Sequence record: MG655270.1
Length of the DNA stretch: 64,000 nucleotides
Strand: one strand, 5' to 3'
Below, piece by piece: positions 53,204 to 62,906 of the stretch; the first letter of the stretch is position 1, and every line of letters starts with the position of its first letter. The position numbers were made by a program, and so were the translations under genes. The notes under the pieces were generated by a model. That model searched no databases, was not told the origin of the DNA, and was given only the letters and a program-made list of their open reading frames with translations.

Positions 53204-56153
53204 TTAAGCTTGACTTCGCTGAGGTATGTTTCAGGAAGGTAATGGAGATGTCTTCTTTCACCGTTAAGGTTTCATCCGACGCCACATCTACCCGTTTCTT
53301 GATGGCACACCGCATGGTGTCATCTAATGCGGTCATGACTTTGATGTCACCGTTCACCCCGAGTGCTTTAAACTCGATATCAACCACATCAGACGTTCGA
53401 TACGGTTTCAGCGCATCAACCAGATCTGTTAGACCAAAGGTTGCCCGGGCAATCACTGCGGCAATAGCTGGACTCACTTTCGCTGACAGGTTGTCACGCA
53501 ATGAGGTGTTCTTGTAACCGTTGTCGGTCATGTAGAAGGTTACGTCAAAACCAATCGCGGCGGAGATCTGACGAGACTCTCGTGCATTGGCAATCACATC
53601 GATCAAGCCCAGGGTTTGTTTCGGTCGTAACGACACCGTGGTCTTCTCAAGCAACTGCCGCTTCACCGTGACCATGTCTTGCGTCACCCAGTCAACCAGA
53701 TCAGAGATCACATCAGTGATGTATGTCTTATCCAGCGGGTTACCGGTAAAGTAGTAGACACCATCCAGACCCACCACATCGATCTCACGCACCACCACAC
53801 GTTCATTAAGCGGGATAGGGTTACCTTGCTCATCCGACTTAATGTCACCCACCCGATAACGATAGATGATGTTGTTATCAGCGTCATACATGATGTCGCC
53901 TTTGGCATGCAGGATGATCGGTTGGTTGTTGCTGTCAAACACCAATTGGTTAGTGACCGCATCACGTTGATACACCGTCTCTGCATAACGCCACGGCACA
54001 TCGACATCATACTTCTGATACTCGATGTCAGACACCACTGAACGTGACCGCTGATACAGATAGGTCAGGGCTTTGCCCATCACCACATCGTAGGACTGCT
54101 CCGTCACCACCACGAACTGCTGATCCAGGTAGAAACTCCCCAGCTTCTTATCACTGTCGCTGTACACCACGTCGTTCGGTGATTTGGCCACAGCAATACA
54201 GTTTAGCAGGATGAAGTTCTTTTCCAGTACCGAGCGCAACTTAGACGGCGCATTACCAAACTGACCAAAGGAGGTCAGGATGATCTCGTCCTCATTGGTG
54301 ATGTCGAGATTACTGTCAATATCAAACTGCCAGACACGTTCGCGGGTTGCTGTCCGACCGATCATCACGCCATTGAGGTAGCCATAGTTGCTTTCCCCTT
54401 CCGGCATGAACAGTAACTGACACGCCACATCGCTGTCTGCCAGGTCTTTGTAGTAATCACCTGAACTCGTTACCACGGTTGCTCTAAAGCCATTGGTGGT
54501 TTTGGTAAAGGTAAAACTGTCCGCCACAAGTTCAACACCGATGGAGTTGTTCTCATAGCTGAATACCCGACCTGCTACAGAAGGACGATCCAGATCATAG
54601 ACCCGAGTGGTAAACGCATCGTTATTCGCATCCAGCACCATGTAGAAAGGTGAGAACATGAACACGTTGTTGTTGACCGTCAAGGCACGACTGTCTAATC
54701 CCGCGCCGTTGATCGTGGCCAGTTCCGCATCTGATACCATGTTGTAGATACCGTTGACCAAGCGGTATAAGGCTGTCGGAGTGATGGTGATGCGATTGCC
54801 GTTATCACGCACTGCGGTATTACTGACTAACTGCAACATCGATGACTGCAGGGTAATAATCCCGGTACCGGCCGGTGTATTGATGCCAGACTTGTTGGTC
54901 TGCGGATTCAGTGACCGGGTCGCATGGTAAATACGTTGCGTCACTGTGTCTTCTGATTTCAATGCCCCGTAGCCTAAATCAACCAGGGTTTGTGAGACCT
55001 GCGCTTCAGTAATCGGTAAGACCGTTTTGTTGGCCGAATAGATCACCGCTTCACGCAACGCTTCAACACTGAGGCCGTTCACCCCACCGCTGACACCGCT
55101 GCTGATCGACATGGTCTTTTCATTAAAGACGGTCAATGGGGTAGAGTACTTATCCAACACCCGATCTTCGTAATTGAAGTCACGGTAGACCGCACTGATC
55201 GAAGAAGACTGCAGCGCCAGCGTTTCGATAACCAGGTTACCTTTACTGGTGTAGACATCTGCCCGCACCTGACGACCCACTGCCAGATTGTTGGAGATGT
55301 AGATTTCCGGTAGCACAACCTTCACTGAGTCTTCTAACACCTGGGCGACGAAGGTCAGCTTGGTGTTGTCATAGACCAGGTCATCATGGGTGACGTACGC
55401 CTCTTCCCACTCATCAGTCACATTCGCCCGTGTAAAGACACGCAGGTAATAGAACTGGTCACCTTTTAATGGATAGGTATTGCGATACCCACTCATGCTG
55501 GTAATCTGACCGTAATAAGGCTGGGCTTTGAACTGACGTAAAGGTACCGTGATGTAGAGCAGTTCAACCCCGTTGAAGATCGCAGTCCGCCAGGTTAACT
55601 GGTTGGTTTCAACCGTCAGTAACGGGCTGGGTTGCGACACATCGTACACCACCACAAAGCCGCCATGTTTCATCACCCGGATTTCAATCGGATACTCCAG
55701 ACTGAAGGTGACATCCATCACCGTGATTTCCGTGTTGCGCGGAATCACCATCTTCGAGTAGATGCTGTCGATGTCATCGCTACCACTGCTGTCGAGTTGC
55801 ACCGCTCGTGCCCGAATCTCATCGGCATTGAAAATGAAGTTGGTGGTGATACGTGACGGAGTACAGAAACGGTTCTTGTAATCCTCATCACTCATGTTGC
55901 GATACAGATCTTCATACGTCCGCGCCATCTTCGGGTAGTACGCCGTATAAAGGTCTTCATGGTTTTGCATCACCGCTGAACCGGTCAGGGCAACCAGCTC
56001 AAAAGCAAACATCGCAGGGTTGGTGGCATTCATGATATCAATCGTGCCGTCCATGTTTTGGTCTAACAGATCGAGTGTGTAGTCCATCATCAACGATGGA
56101 TCATTACGCAGGTCGATCATTTTCTGTTTACGTACGTCGATGCTGTCGCTCAT
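53196..56153 (-). CDS. Large baseplate wedge-like virion protein (phiKZ gp87-like)
   Basis: 985 aa; SGG.NG..VEALR..V and PIT..Q segments reminiscent of gp6/J-like wedge proteins; synteny. Confidence 0.6.
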   Translation of the reverse strand: MSDSIDVRKQKMIDLRNDPSLMMDYTLDLLDQNMDGTIDIMNATNPAMFAFELVALTGSAVMQNHEDLYTAYYPKMARTYEDLYRNMSDEDYKNRFCTPSRITTNFIFNADEIRARAVQLDSSGSDDIDSIYSKMVIPRNTEITVMDVTFSLEYPIEIRVMKHGGFVVVYDVSQPSPLLTVETNQLTWRTAIFNGVELLYITVPLRQFKAQPYYGQITSMSGYRNTYPLKGDQFYYLRVFTRANVTDEWEEAYVTHDDLVYDNTKLTFVAQVLEDSVKVVLPEIYISNNLAVGRQVRADVYTSKGNLVIETLALQSSSISAVYRDFNYEDRVLDKYSTPLTVFNEKTMSISSGVSGGVNGLSVEALREAVIYSANKTVLPITEAQVSQTLVDLGYGALKSEDTVTQRIYHATRSLNPQTNKSGINTPAGTGIITLQSSMLQLVSNTAVRDNGNRITITPTALYRLVNGIYNMVSDAELATINGAGLDSRALTVNNNVFMFSPFYMVLDANNDAFTTRVYDLDRPSVAGRVFSYENNSIGVELVADSFTFTKTTNGFRATVVTSSGDYYKDLADSDVACQLLFMPEGESNYGYLNGVMIGRTATRERVWQFDIDSNLDITNEDEIILTSFGQFGNAPSKLRSVLEKNFILLNCIAVAKSPNDVVYSDSDKKLGSFYLDQQFVVVTEQSYDVVMGKALTYLYQRSRSVVSDIEYQKYDVDVPWRYAETVYQRDAVTNQLVFDSNNQPIILHAKGDIMYDADNNIIYRYRVGDIKSDEQGNPIPLNERVVVREIDVVGLDGVYYFTGNPLDKTYITDVISDLVDWVTQDMVTVKRQLLEKTTVSLRPKQTLGLIDVIANARESRQISAAIGFDVTFYMTDNGYKNTSLRDNLSAKVSPAIAAVIARATFGLTDLVDALKPYRTSDVVDIEFKALGVNGDIKVMTALDDTMRCAIKKRVDVASDETLTVKEDISITFLKHTSAKSSLTA

Positions 56154-56162
56154 CGTAGCCTC

Positions 56163-57188
56163 TTATTTTTGATCCTTCGGAACCCACCACTGGAATTCGT
56201 TCGTCATCACGTCGATATAAGGATAACCAATAAAGTTGTAGCGCTGCATTTCACCCGGGGAGATTTTGCGGAAGAACGTGTTACGGTTTGCGGCTTTCAT
56301 CTGCGGGTTAAATAACTCGACACAACTGTTGAAATCCAGGATCAGGGATTGCGTGTTATAGCGCCAGCCCACACACTGCCAGTTACAGCTGATTTGGTTA
56401 TTGTTCTTGATCAGTGGGGTGTCTTTGGTGGTGCCAAAGTCAAACGCATTACCAATCGGGTTGGTGGTGCAGATTGCTGCGTAGGGTGCACCGATCTTCG
56501 TCACATAGCGTGAAGTCTGATCCAGGATGATGCGATAGAAGCGCATGGTGTAATCAATATAGTTGTTAACAATGGCGTCCCAATAGGGAACCATGTCGCC
56601 AAGGTATACCGATGAGCTGTACGTTTGCAGCAGATCCAGGATCATGGTGATCGGGTCACCTGAGATGTTGGTGTGCGTTGATGTCACCTGATAGGCTTCA
56701 TTAAACTCCGACTGACCATCAACCATCGACCAGGTTTCTTTACGTGAGCCTGGTGGTGCAGTAAAGGTATCGATCACGATATCGGGAAAACCGGTCATCG
56801 ATTCCAGGGTGTTTGATAAAATGGACACGAAGGCCTGTTGGTTATCAAACAGTCTGGAGTAGCTTTTTCGATCAATTGTGCCGGTCGCATCAAACATCGA
56901 ACGGATCGCACCTGGGATCGTATCGGCGTTGTTTGAAGCAAGCGAAAGCAGCTTTTCTTGTCGATTCAGATTATCGTATGACAGGTTAAGGATTGGGCGT
57001 GTGAAAAAGGTATACCCCATGACGTCTTTGTTGATGGGTAGAAAGGCGCTACGGTTACTGAATTTGTTCAAACCCCAATAGTTATGCGCAAGCGATGAGG
57101 TTACACTACCATACCCGGACTCCCTTGCAGCCGAGTCAATACTCTCGGTCCACAACCCAGGATTGTAGTCGTCATTGTCATTGGCCAT
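56163..57188 (-). CDS. Tail-tube-fold/baseplate virion protein (phiKZ gp88-like)
   Basis: GYTFFTRP.LNLS motif; synteny. Confidence 0.55.
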   Translation of the reverse strand: MANDNDDYNPGLWTESIDSAARESGYGSVTSSLAHNYWGLNKFSNRSAFLPINKDVMGYTFFTRPILNLSYDNLNRQEKLLSLASNNADTIPGAIRSMFDATGTIDRKSYSRLFDNQQAFVSILSNTLESMTGFPDIVIDTFTAPPGSRKETWSMVDGQSEFNEAYQVTSTHTNISGDPITMILDLLQTYSSSVYLGDMVPYWDAIVNNYIDYTMRFYRIILDQTSRYVTKIGAPYAAICTTNPIGNAFDFGTTKDTPLIKNNNQISCNWQCVGWRYNTQSLILDFNSCVELFNPQMKAANRNTFFRKISPGEMQRYNFIGYPYIDVMTNEFQWWVPKDQK

Positions 57189-57241
57189 TACTCATCACCT
57201 CTTTGAAATAGAATATCCGTTGAATCCATAGGAGTACTTTT

Positions 57242-58408
57242 ATGTTACCATTAGTTACGGGGGCGATTACACTGGCCAGTTCGCTTGCGCTTGTCGCCGA
57301 ACGTATTCTGGCAGCCAAGAAAGCTGCTGGTGAAGTCGCTGGTACTGTTGACAATACGTTGGCCACGTTAGGCCAGATGGGCACACGTGATTTGGTAACC
57401 TTTACCAAAGTGACCCGCATGGAGCCTCTGGTGTTGTTAGATGATCGTTTGAAGTTTGATCCTTCGACCCCGGAGATCCTGCAAGTACTGACCAGTTTGA
57501 TTGCCGGCTACTATACCCAGGCGTTTGCCCTGCTGGGCCAGGTCGACGGTATTGACGTCATTGGCACCCTGGATAAGCTGAACCCGTCACGTACTGGTAT
57601 TGGCCTGAACAACTTTGAAGGTGATCTTGAGAAAGACGGCCTCCATAAATTTAGTAACCAGTCAAATACCCCTCTCTATAGTATCGGGCTGGAAGCACTG
57701 ACTGAAGTGCAGAGCGCCGAGAACAAGCCGGTTAAAATCCAGACCGATAAAAATGTCGTGGCTGATATTTCGGCACCGACTAACCTGGCGCTGGGTAAGA
57801 TGATCAAGGTGACCTTGTCAGCTAATGGCAACACCATTGAGATCCCAATCACCATCCGTGTGAAACCTGTCACTACCGGTAGCGATGCCGTTACGGCGAT
57901 TCTGGCTATTGGTACCACGAAGAACACCGTGGCTGAGCGCTGGAACCGTTTCAAAGCCGGTGAGCTGACCTTCACTAACCTGGCTACTGGTGATGACGTG
58001 ATTCGTCAACACAAGAAGATCCTGGTGCAGGATACCTCGGGCTTCTATGCCGAGATCACCCGTCGTGCCCGTGGTAATGCGAAGAAAGGTGCCCTGTCCG
58101 GTAACCTGTCGCTGGCTACGGATTCTAACGTGGTAATGATCTCTTCAGCCACGGCGCTGGATGTGGGTCGCGAGCTCGGTGGTGAACTGTCCAACTTCCG
58201 TATCCGTGAAGCGATGTTCGCCAAGGTGTACTCTAACATGCTGATCATCGTGGATGACCTGCGTGGCATGGTCTCCTTCTACTACCGCGGTGAGTCATTA
58301 CCAAACGTGCTGTCGCTGCAGGATATCAAACTGTATAACAAAGGCAGCGGTCCAGACATCATGTCGATCTTCAGTGCGTTTGCTGAAAACAAAATCCCTT
58401 CCCTTTAA
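57242..58408 (+). CDS. Virion structural protein (phiKZ gp89-like)
   Basis: RBS AGGAG; internal IGLEA site; synteny. Confidence 0.65.
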   Translation: MLPLVTGAITLASSLALVAERILAAKKAAGEVAGTVDNTLATLGQMGTRDLVTFTKVTRMEPLVLLDDRLKFDPSTPEILQVLTSLIAGYYTQAFALLGQVDGIDVIGTLDKLNPSRTGIGLNNFEGDLEKDGLHKFSNQSNTPLYSIGLEALTEVQSAENKPVKIQTDKNVVADISAPTNLALGKMIKVTLSANGNTIEIPITIRVKPVTTGSDAVTAILAIGTTKNTVAERWNRFKAGELTFTNLATGDDVIRQHKKILVQDTSGFYAEITRRARGNAKKGALSGNLSLATDSNVVMISSATALDVGRELGGELSNFRIREAMFAKVYSNMLIIVDDLRGMVSFYYRGESLPNVLSLQDIKLYNKGSGPDIMSIFSAFAENKIPSL

Positions 58409-58420
58409 GGATCTCGTTCG

Positions 58421-59314
58421 ATGAACATTTTTAACTACGTCAAAGGCCTGATTGGTACGGTTGACAAACGCGATGTCCTAAGCGAGATCGATGCCCTGCG
58501 TGATGAGCTCACCCGGTTCACCATTAACAACTATGCGAAAGCCATGGATGTTAATGTCAACACCGACGGCAGTAATTACTACGTAAAACAGATCAGCCGT
58601 GAATTCGCGAAAGTGAAACAGGTTGAAGGTTTACGTGGTCAGAACCTGATCGCTCAAACGTACATCTCCTTAAAGCAGCTGACCCTGACCCTGGAGTGGA
58701 TGCGCAAACAGGTTGAGCGTGAGTACGGCGGTCGTATTGCCCGTGAAGCCGTTGACTTTAAACAAGCCAACTTCCTGCGCTATATCGACTCGATCGACTT
58801 CTACCTGCGTTACGCTCGCTCCATGCTGCTCGTGGTGACGTCCCTGAATGCTAACCCATCAGCGGATATCACTAAAGGCTTCACGGTGCATGAGATCCGT
58901 TTCCTGACCGATACTGCTGTGCACTTCATCTACCTGACCTCGCTGTTCTCACAGCCGGTGAGTGTGACTGAGAAAGTGTTCGATGCGGTGCCATCGGTTG
59001 TGGTCTCCGATGCGGATCAGCAAGCGATCGAAGCAGTACTGGGTAACAAGACTGATGTGGCGAGGTCTAACTTCATCCCATTGGGTTACAACCCGTTCTT
59101 CCTGATTGGTCGTCTGCGTGCTGAACGTCGTGTGAAACGCCTGCGGGCAGCTGAAGCGGCAGCCATTGCCACTGAGCTGACCTTGAGCAAGCTCATGGAC
59201 AAACAAGCAGGCGGGTCAGAAGACCCCACCATTCAGAAACAAATTGATCATTATCAGAATCAGTTGAACCGACTGAACTTTGAGATCGATCAGATCAAAT
59301 CCGAAGTCGAGTAA
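58421..59314 (+). CDS. Virion structural protein (phiKZ gp90-like)
   Basis: RBS AAGGA; helical with coiled-coil C-terminus; synteny. Confidence 0.65.
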   Translation: MNIFNYVKGLIGTVDKRDVLSEIDALRDELTRFTINNYAKAMDVNVNTDGSNYYVKQISREFAKVKQVEGLRGQNLIAQTYISLKQLTLTLEWMRKQVEREYGGRIAREAVDFKQANFLRYIDSIDFYLRYARSMLLVVTSLNANPSADITKGFTVHEIRFLTDTAVHFIYLTSLFSQPVSVTEKVFDAVPSVVVSDADQQAIEAVLGNKTDVARSNFIPLGYNPFFLIGRLRAERRVKRLRAAEAAAIATELTLSKLMDKQAGGSEDPTIQKQIDHYQNQLNRLNFEIDQIKSEVE

Positions 59315-59324
59315 GGAGTCCGTC

Positions 59325-59864
59325 ATGGCAGATCGTGTTAGTACTGGTGCAGAGATTATCTACGGCACCGGCTTTACCTCCCATGGCGGCCCAGGACAGC
59401 AAGGCGTAAAGATCAACGTCGACAACAACGTCATTGATCTTTACCAGCGTTTGGCAGGCAACATCACGCTCGCCGGTAACTTTAACTTCCGAAAAGAAGT
59501 GTGTGTTACTGCTGCACGACTGTTACTGCCATTGCCAAACTGGCTCCTGGCCACCCGTAGTAATTACCTGCACTCCAAACACGCGCTGTTGTTCGCCCGT
59601 GACCTGGGGTTGATTGCGATGGGTAAGAGTCCGGACATGAGTGTGATGACGCGCATGCGTCTGTTTTCACCCAGTTCTGTGAAGTCCAACCCGGGTGAGC
59701 TGAATGCGTCGAATTACGATGCACTCTCGTTGATCCCTAATAAGTTCATTGATGAGCTGCGCACCTATTCCAATGGTGCACAGCTGGCTAACCTGACCCG
59801 CGACGCACAGCATGTGAAAGACCTGGTCACGTCATTATATGTCATGTTTGGTTCTGTTGAATAA
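59325..59864 (+). CDS. Conserved hypothetical/virion protein
   Basis: Start at ATG 59325 after AAGGAG. Confidence 0.65.
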   Translation: MADRVSTGAEIIYGTGFTSHGGPGQQGVKINVDNNVIDLYQRLAGNITLAGNFNFRKEVCVTAARLLLPLPNWLLATRSNYLHSKHALLFARDLGLIAMGKSPDMSVMTRMRLFSPSSVKSNPGELNASNYDALSLIPNKFIDELRTYSNGAQLANLTRDAQHVKDLVTSLYVMFGSVE

Positions 59865-59901
59865 CAGGCCTCAAAATCGGAATGTAGAGGATACGTAAAA
59901 A

Positions 59902-61491
59902 ATGAGTAAAGCATACCTCCATACCCTGCTGACTGCAGGTAATGAAGCGTTTGATGCAGCCGGCGAACCAGTGGGTGTGACTGTGGTTGATGCCCCGATC
60001 GAAGTGCCTGTTGTTGCAGACCCAGCAGTTGAGCCAGAAGCCCCAGCGGTAACTGATGCGCCAGTGGTTACGCAGGACCCGGTTGAGCCTGATCCAGAAC
60101 CAGCAGCGGTCGTCGTTGCCATCAACGAAGATGAGAAAGAGCTGGTCATTGCGTCTACTGAAGCGGCTGCGGCCGAAGTGGTTGTGATCGAATCTGATTG
60201 CGCGCTGGAAGAAGTCGAAGACCTGCTGGACGACCAGATCCAGGTTGTGGCGGAAACTGAAAACATCGTCGCCTCTATGGAATCGTTCGTCGGTTCTGCG
60301 ATGACCATGCAGGATGCGCAAGCCCTGCAGCAGTGGGTGCATAACGCCACCCGTGGTCAGTATGATCAAGCTAAAGTTGTCGGCTCTCTGGAAGCGTTCG
60401 GTAACGACGTCTCTACCGATGATGCGCTGAACGCTGGCCTGGAAGGGATCGGCGAGTTCCTGAAAGCTGCCCGTAATAAAGCAGCTGATCTGCGTAAAGT
60501 CATGGTTGCGCGCTGGAACGCTTTCTTCAAAGATGTGTTCGTGGGCTTTGATAAAGTTGCACGTCGTGCTGATGCGCTGGGTAAACTGGCGAAAGGTACT
60601 TCAGGCGAATCCAACTCCTCTACTATTCAGCTGCCGCTGGATACGGCCTGGCGTCTGGTGAAAGATGGTAAGGTTTCTCAGAACCTGCCGAAAGATCTGG
60701 GTGACCTGGGTAAATTTGCCAAGGCGGTCTTTAAAGACAACCCGGAAGCGCTGCTGGTGCATCGTAAGAAACTGGTTGACATCGCTGTTCGTCTGTCTAC
60801 TGCTGACTATGACGACGCACTGAAGATCGGCAAAGAGCTGGTGAACTTCGAACTGCCAAGCGTTGGCGTGTGCAAAACCAAAGTGGTCAACAACTCCAAC
60901 ACGGTTGATGTGTATCGCTCTGATGAGTTCCTGGGTGCGCTGTCTATTTTCTATTGCAAGCCTGTTGACAAAATCAATGCGCAGTTACCACTGCCGCGTC
61001 AGCTGTCTGACAAGTTCAACTCCATCATCGCGATCGATGTGAGCGTGTCTGAAACCGGTAAGAAAACACCGAAGCTGGATGTCTCTATTGATACCCTGCA
61101 ACCGGCTGAAATCGCCAAAGTGGCTGATGATGTCAACGCTATCCTGGGCGACATCCGTCAGTACCGCACCAACTACGGTGAGTGGTATGCGGCGAACAGC
61201 GATCTGGATCGTGTGATCGGTATCCTGGCGAACGTACCGTGGTCTGGCGATGCTGGCACCACTACTGTCGACAGCACCACTGATGCCGAGGGTAATACCT
61301 CAACCATCGTGAACATCATCGGTCTGAACCGCGACCTGGCGGATGTGATTGAAGGCATGCATGACATGTATAGCTACCTGTCTGTAAGCCCGATCCGTGT
61401 CCTGTCTGCCGAACTACTGCCAATCCTGAACCGTGCACTGGAAGTGGGTGAGCGTTCTCTGGCAACCTACAGCGACAACAACCTGGCGTAA
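59902..61491 (+). CDS. Inner head protein, phiKZ gp93-family paralog
   Basis: Acidic propeptide with AGNE, SME, SLE and AGLE sites, then EGIGEFLK. Confidence 0.72.
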   Translation: MSKAYLHTLLTAGNEAFDAAGEPVGVTVVDAPIEVPVVADPAVEPEAPAVTDAPVVTQDPVEPDPEPAAVVVAINEDEKELVIASTEAAAAEVVVIESDCALEEVEDLLDDQIQVVAETENIVASMESFVGSAMTMQDAQALQQWVHNATRGQYDQAKVVGSLEAFGNDVSTDDALNAGLEGIGEFLKAARNKAADLRKVMVARWNAFFKDVFVGFDKVARRADALGKLAKGTSGESNSSTIQLPLDTAWRLVKDGKVSQNLPKDLGDLGKFAKAVFKDNPEALLVHRKKLVDIAVRLSTADYDDALKIGKELVNFELPSVGVCKTKVVNNSNTVDVYRSDEFLGALSIFYCKPVDKINAQLPLPRQLSDKFNSIIAIDVSVSETGKKTPKLDVSIDTLQPAEIAKVADDVNAILGDIRQYRTNYGEWYAANSDLDRVIGILANVPWSGDAGTTTVDSTTDAEGNTSTIVNIIGLNRDLADVIEGMHDMYSYLSVSPIRVLSAELLPILNRALEVGERSLATYSDNNLA

Positions 61492-61509
61492 CCGTCATAA
61501 GGCAAAGAG

Positions 61510-62895
61510 ATGTCTTTACACCAAAAGCTCCTCTCTGCCGGGCTGGAGGCGTTTGATGCGCCTCCGGCTGCTCCGGTAGTAGCGGCAGTAGTACCTGCTC
61601 CATTTGATAACAACGCCCCGGTTAGCGAAGACCCGGAACTGATTCGTGAAGAGACTGCCGCTCGTTTAGCGCTCGTGTCGATCATCGAAGCGGAACGTGA
61701 CGAAGAAGACTCGCGGTCAGCGGTTTACGAACTGCGTCGTCTGTCTGATGGTTTGGAAGGGTTGATGGTTGAGATTCAAAACGTCAACAACCCAGAAGAA
61801 CCGACTGAAGACGAAATGGCGATGTTGAAAGCCACCGCCCAGCAAGTACGTAAAGAGCTGCTGGAAGATGGTGAGCAAGAACTCGTCATCAATGTCGAAA
61901 ACGGCATTCTGGTTGGTTCACAGGAAGGTCTGGCTGATGCCCTCAGTAATGTGGCGAAGAAGATCGGTTTTGCATTAGGTAATGCAGCGAAAGGTTTACT
62001 GAGCAAAGGCGAGCAGGCGAAAGCGCCGTTGTCTTATAACCGTAAACTGGCAGCTGAACTGAAAGCGAAAATCGATAAGCTCGGCACGACAGAATTTGAC
62101 TTTACCATGCCAGCTGATCTGGTCCGTCAGATTCGTGTGAGCGATACCGGTCCGGTTGATGCACTCAAAGCAGTAGCAGACTTCCCGGCAGCACTTGATG
62201 CCTGGTATCTGACCCCTGCTGATGCAGCAATGAACCTGTTTGAAAAACACGCCAACATCGTGCAGGCGATTGCCGGTAGCAAGACTCTCGAAGAGTTCAA
62301 CACGAACTATGCGAAACTGAGCTCACTGGCACCACCGCTGCCTGCAGGCGCTAAACGCCTTGATCCGATTAACACGCGGGATTATATCTTCGATGTTAAT
62401 GAACATCACCCAAGTATGGGTCGTGTGGCTCGCTACTATTATGTTGCGCGTCCGGATGTGGGTAAAACGCCTGAAGATAAAGCGCTGGATAATGTCATTG
62501 CTTTGGCGCAGTATTCGACCGGGATCTATCCGTTCGATAAGATCTCTAAACGCAAAGCAACTGATGAGCAGGTGAAGTTCAGCGCGGCTGAAGTCAAAGG
62601 CTTGCTGGATGACATGCTGAAAGCGTGTGACGTGGTTGATAAGTACCTTTCACGTCTTGCAGTCGCCAGCACAATGGATAAGCGCTACAACGCTCTGGTT
62701 GATTTACTCAACAGCGACTTGCGTAAACAAGAGTGGTGTTCCACAGAAGTCAACCGCATGGCACGCGTTGCGTTGATCTCAATGGATGCGTATTATTCAT
62801 ACGGGTTTGCTTATACCAGTCGTGCTTACGAGCTGATGGACGTGATCGTCAAGTTGGTGAAGAAAGCCGTGTATAAATCTGACCTCAGTAAGTAA
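61510..62895 (+). CDS. Inner head protein, phiKZ gp93-family paralog
   Basis: MSLHQKLLSAGLEAF start like its neighbour; GSQEGL...KKI junction. Confidence 0.72.
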   Translation: MSLHQKLLSAGLEAFDAPPAAPVVAAVVPAPFDNNAPVSEDPELIREETAARLALVSIIEAERDEEDSRSAVYELRRLSDGLEGLMVEIQNVNNPEEPTEDEMAMLKATAQQVRKELLEDGEQELVINVENGILVGSQEGLADALSNVAKKIGFALGNAAKGLLSKGEQAKAPLSYNRKLAAELKAKIDKLGTTEFDFTMPADLVRQIRVSDTGPVDALKAVADFPAALDAWYLTPADAAMNLFEKHANIVQAIAGSKTLEEFNTNYAKLSSLAPPLPAGAKRLDPINTRDYIFDVNEHHPSMGRVARYYYVARPDVGKTPEDKALDNVIALAQYSTGIYPFDKISKRKATDEQVKFSAAEVKGLLDDMLKACDVVDKYLSRLAVASTMDKRYNALVDLLNSDLRKQEWCSTEVNRMARVALISMDAYYSYGFAYTSRAYELMDVIVKLVKKAVYKSDLSK

Positions 62896-62906
62896 ACGGA
62901 GAAAAC